A stretch of 64,000 nt of DNA from Takakia lepidozioides. Its lineage: Eukaryota; Plantae; Bryophyta. The stretch covers positions 15,686,001 to 15,750,000 of the forward strand of contig CM060734.1 of NCBI GenBank assembly GCA_030704615.1, in the 5' to 3' direction. The position numbers and the translations under genes were made by a program. The notes beneath the pieces were generated by a model. That model searched no databases. It saw nothing but the letters and a program-made list of their open reading frames with translations, and was not told the origin of the DNA. Of the stretch, positions 1 to 12,794 are shown one piece after another; positions within the stretch are counted from its first letter, which is position 1; every line of letters begins with the position of its first letter.

Positions 1-2
1 GC

Positions 3-272
3 ATGCTGGTCAAGCCACAGCTCCGCACGAAACGCGCCAGTATGACTGGCCTGACTGCAACACCCGAGGAAATAGTGGCCGAACGCGATGCGCTCACGCT
101 GGTGGTAAAAAACCTCAACCAGATGCACTCTCAAGCTACCACCGAAGCGGCTCTTCGAGGAATCTTTGGAAAAGATAACCTGGCACAGGTCTATTTCGGT
201 AAAATCGAACCCACGGAGAAGAACAAGCACTCTGGATTGGCTCTGCTTACCTGCAAAAACCCCGTATATTCA
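3..272 (+). pseudogene. RRM-like fragment, possibly non-LTR ORF1; open at the window edge
   Basis: LVVKNLN (RNP2-like) ... HSGLALLTC (RNP1-like) spacing; adjacent coiled-coil-like ORF on the opposite strand (270-671). Confidence 0.3.
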
Positions 273-1480
273 CAGTAATGTAATAAGCCGCATGTTCTGG
301 GTAGCCATGGTGGTGGCGACCCTACTCTCCATAGCTGCTAGATCGCCTCGTATATCCGTTTTGATTGAAATGGCATGCTCTGCAAGCTTCCTGTCTATCT
401 CCCTCATCATGGAGTTGTGGTCTTGGTTGAGTCCAGAGTCTGCCTGAATGCTGAGGGAGTTTACCGCGGCCCTTTCACTGGCGTTAAAAGTTGGTAGGGC
501 GTATTCGTACGTATTCTCCTGGATTCTACTATTTCCATCTTGCTCACTTCTACGGTGGTTTTGTTGTTGTTGCGTGTAGTTGCTACGTGTAAGTAGTTGT
601 TGCGTTGATGTTCTGTATTTCTGCTTCGTGATGGAGAGCTCGTGGCGTGGAGTTCTAGGAAATATTTCCAATGTGCCTCAGACGACATCAGGTGGTAATC
701 TGAAGAAAGCGCGTCTATCTGCTGCAGATTCGCAAGTGCCGAATTCATGTTTTTCAGATCCTGTTCCACAAAAAAATGACGACGAAGAAGATGAGCTCGA
801 TTTGGCTTTTTCTACGTACCAGTCTGATACAGGAGTTGCTTCTTACGACGATCCAACTTTTGAAGATATGTTCAGTGTTGTCGATAGTGGATTTGTTGAT
901 GCAAATGGTAATTCAGTTCCTATAAGTCAAGACATTCTTGGTTTCGATGATCTTGATGCTGAACCGGATTGGTTAACTCACGCTTTCAGCGCCGCTGCTG
1001 AAAATATTTTCATGCAAGAACCGATTAATGATGGCGTTCAGAGTGCCGATTCTGCTAGTGCTTCGGAGCGACGCCTCACAAATCAAGCCTCTGCATTGAA
1101 GTGAGAGGAGAAAATAACCTCTTTCACAGTACCTAACGTTGCCATCGAAGCGAAGGGGCAGAAGAGAATACCACACCAGACACAGCAACAAGATTTGAAC
1201 CCGAACACACTTGGGTGGCACTGAGTGCCCTTAACCAATTGAGATACTGGCTGGTGGTAGCACACATTTGAAAGTAACTAAAATACCAATACCACCATTC
1301 AAGCTTTAGAAAAAAAAATTGACTGCATTTTGAACACTGAACATTCAACACCGTCACAGTCACCACTGTTACCACTAGGCCTTGCAAACTTTCTTATAAT
1401 TCATTGTTGCAACATGTTATATGAAGAGTTAATATTGATTTGAGAGATTAGAGAATTAGAGAATTTGATTTTGAGAATTA

Positions 1481-1785
1481 GATTTGGAGTGTATTCTGGG
1501 AGATCATCCGGTTAAGTGTACACATGTATGAACAAGGCTCTCCGTACTGGAGAAGAAGCTTAGTCCTGTGAGGACTTGGCTGTTTTGAGCGTTCCGTGAG
1601 GACTCAAAACATATTTTTGAGCTACTCATAACGCGTTTTGAGGGAGTCCTGTGAGGATTCAAAACGTGTTTTGAGCGAGTCCTGTGGGGACTCAAAACAT
1701 ATTTTTGAGCGACTCAAAACGTGTTTTGAGCGAGTCCCGTGGGGACTCAAAACATATTTTTGAGCGACTCAAAACGTGTTTTGAG

Positions 1786-1827
<42 letters not shown>

Positions 1828-2150
1828 TTTATTACTTAACATTTTGTTTTCAGTCCTACGAGGACTCAAAACGTGTTTTGAGCGAGTCCCGCTAGGACTC
1901 AATATATTTTTTATTTTTTATTTTTTTGATGAACATGGGACGAGGCCTTGGATTAGGTTTATTACGTTTATTTCAGGGAAAAAAATTAAAACCCTTGATT
2001 ACACCATGAGGCATACACACATAGTTTTGAGAGACTCAAAACGTGTTGTAAGCGACTATATATATATATATATATATTATTACTTAACACTTTGTTTTCA
2101 GTCCTACGAGGACTCAAGTAGTATTTTTGAGCAACTCAAATTGTACTGAA
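1481..2150. repeat. CTCAAAAC/GTTTTGAG palindromic micro-satellite family, copy 1
   Basis: Repeated GGACTCAAAAC(A/G)T(A/G)TTTTGAGCGA units; 1481-1575 matches 10677-10770; further patches at 2520-2630 and 2970-3030. Confidence 0.85.
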
Positions 2151-2166
2151 GAGCAGGCACGTGGTG

Positions 2167-2243
2167 CTCCGTGTAACTCACGGCAGTGTAACCCTCCGTG
2201 TAACTCACAACAGTGTAAACCCTCCATCTAACTCATGGCGGTT
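2167..2243 (+). repeat. ~27-bp tandem repeat x3
   Basis: CTCCGTGTAACTCACGGCAGTGTAACC variants in tandem. Confidence 0.75.
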
Positions 2244-2349
2244 ATGGCTCCTAGTGAGCCATAAAGGCGAGCGAGGTAGGGCGAGCATTTTGGCGAACTG
2301 GGAGCCATAACTGGCACCACGTGCCCACTCCCTGGCGTAAAGAGCAGGG

Positions 2350-2499
2350 TGTGGAGTATTCTCGCCGTTACACGGCGACATCTGAGTGGGTTTAATATAT
2401 AATCGGCCCTCCCAGCCGATTCGACATGTTGAATCGGCAATACACCGTGGGTGGCCAATTCGGCCTGATAATTAGTCATAAAAAACAGCATACTCCACA
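2350..2499 (+). mobile_element. Short (150 bp) LTR-like element preceded by a polypurine tract
   Basis: Starts TGTGGAGTAT and ends ATACTCCACA (perfect 10-bp TG..CA terminal inverted repeat); AAAGAGCAGGG immediately upstream; no 5-bp TSD. Confidence 0.55.
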
Positions 2500-3883
2500 G
2501 TGCACACCTGATCTTTACGTGTTGTGAGCAAGTCCTGATAAGACTCAAAACATATTTTTGAGCAATTCAAAACGTGTTTTGAGCAAGTCCCGCTGGTACT
2601 CAAAACGTATTTTTGAGCGACTCATAAAAACCTGCTCTAGATTTTCCTTTATACTTTTTAGGGCATTTTGAAGCAGAACTCTTCGAGAGGCACAAGTGGC
2701 ATGGAACCGGTCATCCCATTGGGGGCAGGAGCATCGAACTGGCGCCGTAGGGAGATTAGTGGAATGCAATCTTGTCCCTTGGATGACATATCATCTAGGG
2801 TTGATGTAAAGCCAGCTAGTCAAAAGGTGGAACCAGGTGAGCAAATTTTATGCAGTGGAAAGTTCCCGCCCTTGGACTTCCTGCAATTTGCCGGGATGGC
2901 CTCGGGCTCCCGCCCTCAAGCCCACCCTTAAACAGCGGAAAGTCCTCAGGCACGAACTTTCTGCTATACAAAACGTGTTTTGATCGAGTCCCATTTGGAC
3001 TCAAAACGTATTTTTGAGCGACTCAAAACGTTATGTCAATTGTTTTTTCAATCCGCCTGAGGTAGAAGCCATATTTCCCTCTTGCTTATGAAGAGCAGAT
3101 TGTTAATTCTTTTTCTGTGGTTGTAAGTTGTTGTGATAATGATAAGTGAATAACATAGAGTCCCCACCACCGTACAAAAAATGTGTTTCAAAACTCGTAG
3201 ATGACCTAGAATATATTAGGGATCCATTTCAAACAATTGTCTTCACCATGATCTGTCCATGGATACATAATTGGTCCAAAATACCTCATAGTTTGTGAGA
3301 GTATGCCACCTAACTTGGTGTTAAATTCATCTAAGCTAACTATCTCTAAAAATTCAAAATGTTCGTGTCAAAATGGCATTAGTCCTTCTAAAGAGTCAAA
3401 ACTACGTTGATGCACAAGAGTGTTGGGGTTTTTCAGTGCAACTTTCTTCTTCGATAGCAACATCCAATCTAGACTCCAATTCAAGCTACAAGATAACAAG
3501 CCAACTAATTAGTAAGATTTCTACAAATTAACTAACTAACTCTCTCTCTCTCTCTATATATATATATAAAGGAAACCTAGGAGTGAAAACCCACAATTCA
3601 CGCCCTTGAGGAGGGGAAAAATTAACCCCCTTTCATTTGTGGGCCATGAGACTTTCAATGCCCAGACATACTATACTTTTAAATTTGGATAGATATAAAT
3701 GATGAACGCATGGTAATATAGACAAATCACAATATGATGCATATGGTCTACCTTCTCAACGACATACTAACTTGCGGGTGATATACATCAATTATTGAAT
3801 ACACGCATACATGTTGCGACCAATAAGATAATGTTATATCTGCATAAGTAGACAGATGTCTATTGTTTGGATGATCAAAATTT

Positions 3884-4648
3884 TCACTCTTGGAGTGATC
3901 GACTTTTGATGAAATGGTGACCTTTCGTAGCATAAATTGCTTCACCCAAGAACTTCCAAACTCGATTCCCCTTCAGCCAAAATGATATCAACGTCCAACT
4001 CTTCACGACCCTTTCTCCTACTATTAACATGTGAGAAGGGTAAGTTGAACCTTTGCGCTTCACACCAACGAGACCAACCTTCTCCTGCATGAAACTAGCT
4101 CCCGGGTACACTAATATGTCTCTTCCACAAAAAGGAAACTTGTCAAGGCTCACCCCGCAAATATGTTGATCCCAACTGAGATCATTGAGATCCATATGAT
4201 CGTGTGCATTACATGATGCATGTCTTATGTTGCAAAATAAGGCAATTGTCCCCCCTTTGACGAATTCCCATAATCTGAAAGAACTGGGCTCTGCATGTGG
4301 AAGAAAACTCTCAAGGATTGTGTTGGGATGTCTCACCACTGTGTATTGAGGTATTCCCAATTTGGTCCAGCTCAGAAGCTCTCCAGCAAGAAGCTTGGTC
4401 CGTATAATGTCCAGAGGAAGTTGCGTTACCATCTCATCGTCAAACAAACGTCGATTTAACATTTTTGTAGTATGCACATTTGCAAGATCAAAGTTTTTTT
4501 TGTCTTGTATCATTGCTTGTGCTTGAGTAGGATCCGATACGCACAATGCCTCGGAGCAGTCCGCATGAAGAGGTTTTTCCGCTTCAATAGCACTCGGAAT
4601 CGTTGCAGTGGAGAATTTTTCATGGGTTGAACTCATCAACTGGACCAA
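3884..4648 (-). CDS. Intronless hypothetical protein (254 aa ORF), probably TE-borne
   Basis: Longest ORF in the first 11 kb, globular-protein composition; no family recognised with certainty. Confidence 0.45.
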   Translation of the reverse strand: MVQLMSSTHEKFSTATIPSAIEAEKPLHADCSEALCVSDPTQAQAMIQDKKNFDLANVHTTKMLNRRLFDDEMVTQLPLDIIRTKLLAGELLSWTKLGIPQYTVVRHPNTILESFLPHAEPSSFRLWEFVKGGTIALFCNIRHASCNAHDHMDLNDLSWDQHICGVSLDKFPFCGRDILVYPGASFMQEKVGLVGVKRKGSTYPSHMLIVGERVVKSWTLISFWLKGNRVWKFLGEAIYATKGHHFIKSRSLQE

Positions 4649-6038
4649 CTATGAGCCTTCCCCAAGGTGCCACAACAATTCTTCTACATCAGAGCTTGTC
4701 AATTTTGCAGTCATGTGTGAATTCGTCTCTCGCAGAGGATTTTCTTCCGGACAGGAGGTCATCTATGAGATATCACAATATTTGGGTAGTTGTATATCAC
4801 AAGTTTGAGAGTTTAAACTAGACACACTTACACAACATCGAGTAACTACGTCTCTCTTTGCAACAAGCTCTACATAATGTACCACAACAACTCTAAACAG
4901 AGATGCAAAGAAGAAAGGAAAGACTGATCGGTGTTGCACCCTTTATACTTTAACAAAACCCGTTATATATGTTTGAAATTTTGAGAACAATGTCATCTTA
5001 TAGAAGTCTAGTTGTTAAGATGGGACAACATGAAGTACAATTAGATTTTGTCACCTTTTAGACACAATGCACATAATGTATTTGATTGTCAACATACAAG
5101 TATAATGATGACTCTCTCTCTTACAAAATCTAACTTTGTTGTATGTTGGTACATCTTACACTCAAAACTCACCTGATAATCTAGAGAAGTACTCGTACTT
5201 TAGATCTTGTACCCATGATTGAACTATTAAAAGATAAAAAATTAGCTGCTGCAAATCCATCGAAAGACATGGTGCCGGAATGTGCCGGTCATTGGGCCTG
5301 TGCGATATTAGTCCTCCAGCGGACATGGATGACTGCGACGCACGTAAGGAGGAAACATATGTGCTACAAGGATTTTACTGGACCGTCCAATTGAATCAGA
5401 TTGTGCAGCGCTTGTACACATTTTGAGTCTTCATGGGATTTTTTTTTTTTTTTTACAGAAGTAAATGAAACCTGGATTCTCAATTCTCAAATATTGGATT
5501 CTCAATTTTCAATTATTTTAGTTGCTGAAATAGAAAAGAGACATCTGGAAGCACAATACAAACTTTAAAATACTTTAAAAAAAAACTCGTGAGTTTAAAT
5601 CTCAACAAAACTTCTTTTATATATTAAAATTTTATTTATTTATTAAAAAACAAGATTTGACCCTTGGCCCTTAACATTTTATTCCCTGATGGCTAGTATT
5701 TTACATTTTGTCTCATAATGTAAAATTCATGAAATTCAAAACTTTTGTAAGAACAAGATGAACAGCTACTGAAAACAACATTTTCAGCAGCTCAAAACAA
5801 TGTTTTGACCTGCTCAAAACATTGAAGATATTTGATTGTCAACATACAAGTATAATGATAATTATCACTCTTACAAATATCCGACTTTGTTACATGTTGG
5901 TACATCTTACACTCAAAACTCACCTGAAAATCCAAAGAAGTACTGGTACCTTAGATCTTGTAACCTTGATTGAACTATTAAAAGATAGAAAATTAGCTGA
6001 TCTGTAGATCCTGCAGTGCTCGCGAGTCCTCAAAGGAC

Positions 6039-6190
6039 TTCCCCGAAATAAACCTAATAAACCTAATCCAGGGCCTCGTCCCCTGTTCATAAAAAAAAAA
6101 ATTAAAAAAGAAATGTATTGAGTCCTAGCGGGACTCGCTCAAAACATGTTTTGAGTCCTCGTAGGACTGAAAACAAAATGTTAAGTAATA
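6039..6190 (-). repeat. Inverted copy of 1830-1980
   Basis: Reverse complement reads TATTACTTAACATTTTGTTTTCAGTCCTACGAGGACTCAAAAC...ATGAACAGGGGACGAGGCCCTGGATTAGGTTTATTAGGTTTATTTC, matching 1830-1980. Confidence 0.85.
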
Positions 6191-7352
6191 TATATATATT
6201 AGTCGCTTAAAAATATGTTGAGTCCCCGCGGCAAATCACATTTTGAGTCCTCACATAACTTGTTTTTTTCTTTTATAGAGGTAAAGGAAACCCGGATTCT
6301 TAATTTTCAATTATTTTAGTAGCTGAAACAGAAAGAAGACATCCGGAAGGACAATACAAACTTTAAATTACTGTAAGAAAAACTTGTGCTATTAAAAAAC
6401 AAGATGGGACACTTGGCCCCTAACATTTTATTCCATGATGGTTAGTATTGAATTTTGTCTTATTATGTACATAGTGGTCTCTAAACTTCATGAAATTCAA
6501 CATTTTTGTAAGAAGAAGATGAGTAGCTACTGAAAATATCATTTTCAATAGATCAAAACAACGTTTTCAGCGGCTCAAAACATCCGTTCAAAACATCGTG
6601 TTCAACCGCTCAAAACATTGTTTTCAGTCACAGCTTCACATGCTAATCCAAATAAGATCTTTGTTATGGGATTTTGTTGCACAACAATGTTACATTAATT
6701 AACACCACTTAGGTGTGAATAATGATCATTTTGGTATATCCTCAGGGAAAAAGTAGAACCCCAACAAAGCCATAACGGCCACCCTTTTTAGGTATGAATA
6801 ATGATGACTTTGGTACATAATGAATAATGATTACTTTGGTACATCCTCACTAGTAAAACGGGTACGTTATCTTTTTCTCCCATCTTCCCCTTGCTTCTTC
6901 TTTCTCGTTCCCCCCCACTTTCTTCCTTGTTTTTCTTCTCGTTTACAGGAGAGTGAATATCCTTGTGCAGACTGGTTAGGCGGTGGTAGTAAGAACACAA
7001 GCTAGCTAGTACATAAGGATCAGATAAGGAGTTTAAGTTGTGCACAACAGTGCAGTATGGTGATGTTTGACTGTTAATGTGTGGAGAAGAAACTGCGTTT
7101 GAACTTTGTTTGTGTACAAGTTTCATCTACAATGGATAATCGGATTCTCACTGAGCTCCGGTAAGCTTTGGCATCCTCAGTTGTCATTGTATATCAAACT
7201 TTGAAGAAGAATCAATTTTGTTTCAGGGATCACGATGATCTATCAGTGGTTAGGTCTAATGTCAGACAAGATTTTACCAGGGATTGTGCTCTTAACTATG
7301 ATTGAGCTATAGATCCATGTTTACGATTCTAAAAATACATCAATAAGCAAAC

Positions 7353-8640
7353 TTGACATTGAATTGTGATCTTTTATGCGTTGTGGGGTTATCACATGAT
7401 GGCCTTGATCCCAAGAAGTATTTCAGGAAGAATGAAGCCAAGAAGGAGGTGGTTGTAGACTTACTTCAGATGTTTGGTCCAAAAACTGATCACAATGGAT
7501 TCAAGCTTCAGCTCATCAGAGACCAAACTCTCATCCCCGAAATCGAGTCCTTGTACCACAGGGTGTATTCAAAAGCTTTGCAACACAATACTATTCTTGG
7601 TATGGAATTTTGTCGGGGATTTGTGGCTGAAAAAATGGGCAATCATGTTAATTGGGCTAATTTTGCTGCTGAACCTAACTCTGTGCAAGTTGGTCGGACC
7701 AAGACAGAGTGTCTTGCTCTAGGAAAGCACGAAATAGAGATTCAACCAACAATTTTACAAGTGGCCGAGAAAGCCATTTTTCAAGAGGAGAAGTTGCATG
7801 CTTATATGCAACACTTGTAGGAAGAGTACGAAGATACAGTCTCAAGGAAAAACAAGGAAATAAAAGAGTTAAATGAGAAGATTCCCTTTGTGAGGGATAT
7901 GGTGGATGACAGGGAATATGAGCTCAAGGAGGTGAAAGCAACTATGGATGTTCTGCATATTGAGAGACAGGAAATGGCCTCAAGATTGGAAAGCTTCTGT
8001 TCGGAGTCGTGTGAGACGAACATGGCATGGTCCAATGCCAAAATTGAATTGGACATGACAACATTTGCTTTGAAGAATGCAAGGGAACATCAAAAGTTCC
8101 TGCAATCAAGACTACTTGAATTGGAGAATCAACTTATGGAATATTGTTTCAGTCTTGAGCGGGAATCTTTGGAAACCCTACTGCAACAATCTTTGTCTAA
8201 AGTGGAGCAATTGGAAGAGGGGGCAAAAATGCTACTGCCACAGAGAAATTGTTCCAAGAGAGAGTCACTGAAATAGAGAAGTTGTACAATGAACAACAAG
8301 ACCATTACAGGGATCAAGATGAGCTCATTGCCCCCAACATCAAGTTGCTGGAATTAAGAGAGCGGGGAAAAAAAAAAATTGGGGGATGAGCTTGAAAAAA
8401 TCAAGAAGGGGGAGAATACCAACATCATTCATGAATCCTAAACTGATCGTTCATCCTCTACATCAAAAAGACATTTTCTAGAAAGTTAATGTTTATTCAC
8501 TTTGTGACTGTGGATCTCCATATCTTGATGCCATCACGTTGTCATGTGGCCATTTCTACCATGCAAATTGTCTTGGCTACCATTTGAATACTTCTTCAAA
8601 GTGCAGAGTTGAATATTGTGCTAAGGAGGTCCACCCCCTG
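7353..8640 (+). pseudogene. Degenerate coiled-coil + RING-H2 gene (TE-associated)
   Basis: ORFs 7353-7820 and 7890-8276 share a frame across a TAG; long heptad-rich segment; then SLCDCGSPYLDAITLSCGHFYHANCLGYHLNTSSKCRVEYC at ~8495-8620 (C-x-H-x2-H-x2-C...C-x4-C). Confidence 0.65.
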
Positions 8641-9102
8641 GATGAAAAGTGTGAGGAAGAGGGGCTATTGTTCCAAGCGCGTTCAAGTGGTGATATGGAG
8701 ATGGGATAGCCAGGAAATTCAGGTAATGTTTTCGGGGGGACCACTCCTTATCAGTTTGGTAGACACGTGCGATAAAAGGGTATTTTCCTATGGGGTATTA
8801 ATTTAATTTTTTGATTTTTTCTACACCCTATAATTTTATAATTTTGTAATATACAGCATTTTTGAGTAGGCTATTTTTTTAATATTCAGCAGCAACCATG
8901 AATATTTGATATGCTATATTAATATAAAAATAAATAAAATGAAATTCTACAAAGCAAAAACTTGTGTTTTACATTCCCATGCAAACTTGTATTTTACATT
9001 TCATTACTTGCTAGAAACAAACTCATCTAGAGTATCACTATCGACATCAGCAAGGGTGTATACATCCTGACCTCTATCGTAAGTCAAAGTTACTGAGCTA
9101 AT
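7942..9102 (+). repeat. 1161-bp direct repeat, copy 1
   Basis: Identical to 17022-18182 apart from two substitutions I could see (~8778, ~8836). Confidence 0.95.
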
Positions 9103-10676
9103 AATAGATCTATATCTATCCATTTACTATCAGTGACATCGTACTTGAACTTCAGATGCCCTCTTGACTTAGAGAAGTAATTTAATAGTACCATGATATT
9201 GGTTTATGGTTTGTTGAAGAGATCTACTGGTTGACGAGAGACCCCCATCTAGTGCCCACCTTCCTCCTCATCTTTTGTATCCTACCTATCCACCAGGCAC
9301 CATGATCCGGCGGTTGTATAGGAAGGCCAGTCGTCAGAGAGAAAAGAAACAGAATGGAAGGGTAGAACATCGTGGCATATGCAATTACACATGTTCATCA
9401 TGGATCTAAGTAATCAAACAGCTTAACCCTAGCTCTGCCCACACTTTACAGTGTAGGCAGGGTCATTTTCTGGTCAATGAACAATCAGCTAAGTAACTAC
9501 AAAGGGGTTTTTGCCCCTTTCTTTTCACACTACACATCCATACACTGCTTGACACGTGTCATTCAAAAATACCTTTACCCTATGAGTAATTCTAAATAAA
9601 ATATAATTGGAGCCTTTAACCTCTACCCTATATTCATTTAAATGCTCCCGCCTATATTTCTCATACCCTATATTACTTTGAAAAATGTTCTAATTTTTAC
9701 TTGTGGAGAATAAATGGCAAAATATATTTTTTGCACATTAGGTGATAATTTTTGGAAGTGGACCCCCCAAGGTAATGTTAGTGATCCATGTGATAGAAAT
9801 GACTTGCAGTATAGTATTCTTATCTTTTGGTTGTTTATAGTTTTGTCAGTTGTATGAAGTGTTAATGGTTGTGTGTGGTACACTTAGGTCATATGTCTTC
9901 AACATTTTCTGAGGCTAGTATAGCTCATGCTGCATCTAAGATCAAAGGGCAAGGAATGAAGAATTCTGGTGCAGTTGCTCCCGAAGTTAAAGATCCAGCA
10001 AAAAAAAAAAAACGTAACGAAGGGCCCAACATCAACTGAACTGTTCTAGAGGTTCAACTTTCACACCATTCAGTACAGTACAAGATAGAATGCATTCGTA
10101 CATGTGAGTATCTTTAGGTAACTTAGGCTTGGACTTAGTTTTTGTAGTTGAGCACCATCTCATAAACATGTGTGGGACCAAATTTTTTGGTATCAATTTA
10201 AAGAGCTAAGTTTGGAGCTTCATCGTTTGCTAGCTATAAGCTTCATTGTACTTTACTTTAACCAATATCCATGTATAAGTTCATTTGAGCCTTTTCAATG
10301 GGATGCCCTCTGTGAATGTATTTGAGTTGATTTTATTTAAGGTTGTTTGTATCTAACTGATGAATATATGAGGTGAATTGTGCTCTCTGTTTTTGGCATG
10401 GATAGAAGGATACAATAAAATTCACAACAAAGTATTTTGTATTTTGATTCAAATGTCAGAAGTGGCTTGGTAGCAGTGGGGCCTAAATCACTATTGGGAT
10501 TTTTTGTCCACCTTGGTGAACTTACCATGCAGGATCCTTCAGTCAAATAGGCTAATTGTAAGGGGGACAATCCACCTTGTGTAGATTTAGCGATCTGTTG
10601 GTAAGGGTCGGAGAATGACGTACAGAGGGGCACCCTTGTGGCAGGATCTTGGACAAAGGTCTTTATACATATAACG

Positions 10677-12794
10677 ATTTGGAGTGTATTGTGGGAGATC
10701 ATTTAGCGAAGTGTATGTATGAACAAGGCTCTCAGTACTAGAGAATAAGCTTAGTCCTATGAGGACTCAGAACGTATTTTTGAGTGATTCAAAACGTGTT
10801 TTGAGCAAGTTTTGTAAGGATTGAAAATGTGTTTTGAGTGAGTCCCTGGAGACTTAGCCGTTTTGAGTCCTTTGAGGACTCAAAATGTATTTTTCAGCGA
10901 CTCTACACGTGTTTTGAGTAAGTCCCACTAGGACTCAAAACAGTCCCGTGAGGACTCACCATTTCGAGCGAGTCTCTTGAGGTCTGAAAACATATTTTTG
11001 AATGACTATGCACGTGTTTTGAGTGGGTCCCGTGAGGATTCAAAACATGTTTTGAGTTTTGAGCAAGTCTCTTGAGGACTGCCAGATCAAAAAGACCAAG
11101 CCCGCAAATGGTCGGCCTGGGAGGTAAGAGGCATCCAGCAGGTCAAACATATATGGTTGAAGTCAGGCTTCCTACCGAAAGATCAAATTGCAGTCTCGGT
11201 GGGTACAATCAGAGCCTCAAAATCATATGATACCATACTTCGCTCGGCATCCACACTGTAGTTACCCAATCTCGCAGCAGGCCCAGTAACACCCAAAGAC
11301 AGTTTCTGGACACTGGGAATAATCAATAGCACTATCACCATTCTCTTTGTCACAGAATCAAACGATACACAATACAAAGGATACCACTTTCATTGTGAAG
11401 TAAACACGATGAGGCTTACCCTTCAAACCCGCCAACCCTACCCACCCCACGATTCACCCATACCCCCATCAGAGTTTGCTGGTGGTCATCCCCTGCCAAA
11501 GAAATGAACCCCCTCCCACCACTAACCACATCCTTAATTAGCTGGCTGGCCAAGTAGACCTTCATATGGGTCGGAGGGAGACCCCTTCAAGATCTAGACT
11601 TGGATCCAAAAGAGTGGCAATGGAAATTCAGACCCTCCCCCAAGCCATTCTTTGAATACACTACAAAAAAAGCCTACTCAGCTATGTTGAACCCCCAACC
11701 CCTCCTGGACAAATGGAATGAAAGGTGGAGTCACCTGAACTTTCAAAATGAAAACTGGAGCTCCATTTGGGGGACAATCTGGAACAAAACGAGACCAGTG
11801 AAGGTCGCGGTTTTCTTATGGCAAATAGCAAACAGAGCCCTAAAAGTAGGGGAATGGCTGGGATTCGATTCTGCTCTCCATTGCAACTGCTGCACGGCCA
11901 CTCTAATGGAAACGATAGAGCACTGCCTACTCCACTGCCATGGACCAGTAGCAGTCTGGCCGCTCGTCGTTGACTTCTACCGATCTTGGGGTCCAATGCA
12001 CCTCTCCCTGGCTGCCATCTTGCTAAACTATGACCCAATGACAAAAACAAAAGCCATCCACTGCCCAGTCTATGACACTATAAGGAGTGCAACACTCTGG
12101 CATCTCTGGAAGATAAGATGTGAGAGAACCTTTTGTGCAAAAACCACCAAGACTTCTACTCTCCTTACAAAAATATACATGGACCTTCAAATTGAAGCCA
12201 GAAAAGCTTGGAAAAAACTATGTGCAGATATCAAAAGAGCGAGATCGGACCAACAAGCTACCCAACTCCACTCTACCTTTGCTACGACCTGGGGGCGGGA
12301 CGGGATCATCTACAGCAACACCTCCCCTGGTCAATGCGATTGGAACAAGCTGCCCCCCCGGGCCTGGAGGGATGCCAGTGGTACAATCCACCGCCTCGCC
12401 GGAGTTTGACAGAGATGTCAATTGGAAGCACATCAAGCAATCATCAAAAGCCTCTAGGCTTAACTTCCGCTAGCCTTCGGGCGAGCACTTTGCATGAGGA
12501 AGTCTACTGCATAGTTGTTTTGAGCCACTCAAAACAATGATTTCAATATTTTTTGGATTGGTCATAAACAAACTAGGCCAAATAGGTGGATGCAAATCAG
12601 TGATAGGGGCAGAGCACGACACGTAACTGATATTGGTTGATCCTTTTCCTTAACAAATAACAATCCACCTTCTATAAAAGTAATTGCCTTTAAAAAATAG
12701 ATAAAAATAAACGTGAACAAGGGACGGCCCTGGCCCTGGATTAATTTATTAAGATTATTTGAAGGGAAAAGCCCTTCAATACTTATACACCTAG
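10677..12794 (+). mobile_element. CTCAAAAC-repeat element with canonical Helitron 3' terminus, interrupted by an L1 fragment
   Basis: Repeat units at 10740-11080 resume at ~12515; hairpin TTGAAGGG-aaaag-CCCTTCAA (12759-12779), 11 nt spacer, then CTAG|T (12791-12795). Confidence 0.6.
11083..12470 (+). mobile_element. 5'-truncated L1-type LINE, ORF2 C-terminus (zf-RVT)
   Basis: ORF 11600-12409: W..IW...P.KV..FLW.IAN.AL.VG, CNCC..LMETIEHCLLHC, TLWHLWKIRC.R.F. Confidence 0.85.

Noticed and set aside
1560-2150. Palindromic repeats as a CRISPR-like array
   Set aside because: No unique spacers, eukaryotic context, no cas genes
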